A DNA stretch of 52,610 bases, taken from Paraspadella gotoi (lineage: Eukaryota; Animalia; Chaetognatha). A program made the translations under genes and the position numbers. The notes under the pieces are model-generated. The model had not been told where the DNA came from, did not search any database, and was given only the letters and a program-made list of their open reading frames with translations. Shown here in pieces: positions 49,473 to 52,610 of the stretch; position 1 is the first letter of the stretch, and every line of letters begins with the position of its first letter. The DNA lies in NCBI GenBank assembly GCA_051294375.1, contig CM119270.1, positions 15,446,092 to 15,498,701 of the forward strand, in the 5' to 3' direction.

Positions 49473-52400
49473 TCTTATTCCAGACCGCGAGTCCTTTTTT
49501 TTNNNNNNNNNNNNNNNNNNNNNNNNNACCAGAAAAGAAAAAGAAAAGAAAAAAGAAAGAATAAAAATGGTTAATTTCGCGCACCGCTCGGTCACTTCAT
49601 TGGGCGGCGAAACAAAGAGAGAGAGAGAGACCCGGAGAGAGAGACGAGAGAGACGAGAGAGAGAAGAGAGAAGAGAGAGAGAGAGAGAGAGAGACGAGAG
49701 ATACAGAGAGAGAAAAAAATAAAGGATCAAACAGAGAATATAGATCGACACATAAAAGAGAACAAAAAAAAAGGACTCGCGGGTGAATAAGAGGGTCACA
49801 AACTGAGATATGTCATCTCCCAAATCTCGCCCCGCGGGGCGGCTCCTAGGGCGCCCCCAGGGGCACACTATTCCAGGGGGAGCAATAAAATGGTTCATTG
49901 AGGGGGCCGCCCCCCTTCTGCATTCCTCAGGGGGCCGCCCCAAGGGGGTCCCCGGGGCCAACATTTGGGTCTAATTTTTTTTTTAACCAAGACACAATTT
50001 AAAACTAAACCGGGCGACCCTAATGTAGCCCCCTTGGGGCCAAAAAAAAGTCTGCCCCTAGGGTACTTGGGAGCAAAAACTGCTCCCCAGGGGCGAGTTT
50101 AAGAGAGGGAGCAAAGTTCAGATGAGAGAATATACTTTCTGACTTATGATATTTTTTTTCGCGGTTTTTGAGGCCGAATTCGCTTCTGTGGAAAGAGAGA
50201 TGAGTATCTTTGCCTTCGACGCGGAATTTCGAAAGCGTTCGGGTCTTATCGGTTTCCTTCCATCGTTATAGTTTTTGGGAGAAGTATTTGTGCTTCATGA
50301 ACTGTACTTCAATGAAAGTTATTCTTTGACATAGCAATAAAATTGTATTAACAATTATCGACAATAGTACCAACGGCTTTTTACTTTTTCGTGAAATTAA
50401 TTATTTCTACCGAAAAATTCTTATTAAAACCCGAAGAACATAACAAAAAAAATCAATACGTACCTAGACATACGAATGCCGTCCAGCGATTCCACTTCTC
50501 TTTCATTCGAATTTCAATAACAAAAGTACAACAAACAAACAAACAAACAAAGTGTTGGCGGTCTTCATCCTTCTCCTCCCCTTTTAGCCGGCGCCGGCGG
50601 TCAGAATGACAAAGACTAATGATTCCATAGATTTCGCTCTGCTTGATGCATTCTCCTCATTAACTCGACATTTGCCATCGTGTCCAGCCGAGGGGCCGCG
50701 CGATTTAATCACCCGCGATGCGGAGGGAGGCCTTTCCCCGCGAAGACGAGGCCCGTTGTGTCACTTGGACGGAGGGGATGTGTCACGGGGAAGAGGGGGG
50801 GGATGTGTCACGGGGACGGGGGGATATGCTACGTAGTTATGAGGGCGGAACAGTTTTATAAACAGTAGTAGTTTCTGGGAGTTGCTAATTCGTTGTTTTA
50901 ACTTATGCGGGGGAATGAGCAAAAGGCTTGGCGTTTGCAGCTTTTCGTGGATGGACATCAAAGTATTGCAGCATTATGATACTTTCACATGACATGTAGT
51001 ATTATAGAGACAATTCTAATTCTCTTCGTATTTCATGTAACTACAGTTTTTTAATCACTTGTCAACTTCTCTTAATCTCAACCTAACAAAATTCATTTCC
51101 CCCCCCACCACTCCCAATCTTTGAAATCCAATTTTGGGAAAAAATCTCAAACGAATTTTGTGAATTTTGATCTCGTGTCAACTTTGCCCAAATCCCAAGA
51201 TTCAAACCGTCTCTCAATTCCCAAAACAACACGGATAACCCGCGAAAACGGGCTCTCTCTCTCTCTCTCTCTCTNNNNNNNNNNNNNNNNNNNNNNNNNN
51301 NNNNNNNNNNNNNNNNNNNNNNNNNNNNNNNNNNNNNNNNNNNNNNNNNNNNNNNNNNNNNNNNNNNNNNNNNNNNNNNNNNNNNNNNNNNNNNNNNNNN
51401 NNNNNNNNNNNNNNNNNNNNNNNNNNNNNNNNNNNNNNNNNNNNNNNNNNNNNNNNNNNNGGAGGAGGAGGAGGAGGAGGAGGAGGGGGCCGAGAGAGGA
51501 GGAATAATGTATGAGGTGTATCGACATTGTACAATCAACTCGCGTGATACAGACAGTGTCGCAATCTCCGGAGATTGCCTATTCACTGTTTACTGTTTAG
51601 GGTTATCAATATCGATAAACCGTAATGAAAAATATTCAAATAGCGAAACCAAACTTCCAAAATTCCGCCTATCTCTATCTCTATCTCTCTATCTATGTTT
51701 CCTTCGCTAACTGACTCCCGAAAAAACGAGAAGAATTGAAAACTTTCGACCTCCGACTCTCCAACTTTCAATGCGTACAAATTTGCCCCTAATCGGATTT
51801 CGATCTTGGCAATAACACATCTCTCTCTCTCTCTCTCTCTCTCTCTNNNNNNNNNNNNNNNNNNNNNNNNNNNNNNNNNNNNNNNNNNNNNNNNNNNNNN
51901 NNNNNNNNNNNNNNNNNNNNNNNNNNNNNNNNNNNNNNNNNNNNNNNNNNNNNNNNNNNNNNNNNNNNNNNNNNNNNNNNNNNNNNNNNNNNNNNNNNNN
52001 NNNNNNNNNNNNNNNNNNNNNNNNNNNNNNNNNNNNNNNNNNNNNNNNNNNNNNNNNNNNNNNNNNNNNNNNNNNNNNCCTCCGGCGATAACGGGGAACT
52101 GGCGAGTCGTTATTGAGCGGCGAGCGGCCTCTTCAAATCTTTTCACAGTCGCGACCAAAAACGCTGAAAACTGTCGTCGTTGTTGTCGCCAATTTTGGTT
52201 ATAATTTGATTTCAAAATTCTGGATATTTTTTCAAACGCTCCTCTAAAAATAAATTTATTTCAGATTTTATCTTTTGATTTGACTTCAAACCCATTCGTC
52301 TATTCACATCAATTCACATCACTTTACATTTTACGTACTTTCGCGTTGTAAAGAAGAAAGAACGAAGAACTATATTTTTAATAGAATATTGACTACTATT

Positions 52401-52610
52401 GTAAAATAAAATAAACATTTTTAAATAATAAAAAAAAACTTAATTTTATACAATCTGCGTCTCTCTTTTCTGACTCCGCGCTCCTCCCTTCCTCTGCCTC
52501 ACCTCCCCGCCCTTTCCCATACCCCCCTTCATCTCGCGGGATCCATTTGCCTCAACTTTTCACAGATTTCCGGGTCCCCCTTCCCCATTTGCTCATTTGG
52601 AAAGTCTCGT

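Overview
Eukaryotic, most likely invertebrate-animal, draft-assembly sequence. It is AT-rich, saturated with (GA/TC)n, (CTTT)n, (GAC/GTC)n and (GAT)n microsatellites, and broken by N-gaps, eight of them exactly 25 N. Large blocks recur as indel-riddled near-copies on either side of several 25-N gaps (9.7-13.7 vs 14.2-18.1 kb; 31.8-32.5 kb; 32.8-44.2 kb; 45.6-48.2 kb), so much of this redundancy is probably a gap-filling artefact. Almost all ORFs in the supplied track are microsatellite translations. The best real signals are: (1) a spliced + strand gene at ~29.7-30.6 kb with a short exon that encodes, in a frame the ORF track misses, a convincing BH3 motif (IGRELSRIADEIEAEYSGR) followed by a phase-0 GTAAGT donor at the position I recall for Bim/Puma/Bmf, i.e. 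a candidate invertebrate BH3-only pro-apoptotic gene; (2) a minimal Penelope-type hammerhead ribozyme motif at 31401-31444, preceded by a ~190 nt hairpin and followed by AATAAA; (3) a large Ser/Pro-rich exon at 6.5-7.9 kb with a DSGYMS beta-TrCP-type degron; (4) an Asp/Asn-rich minus-strand candidate exon present in four noisy copies; and (5) several ~150 bp foldback (MITE-like) elements and clusters of regulatory motifs. No rRNA, tRNA, CRISPR array or intact transposase was recognised.
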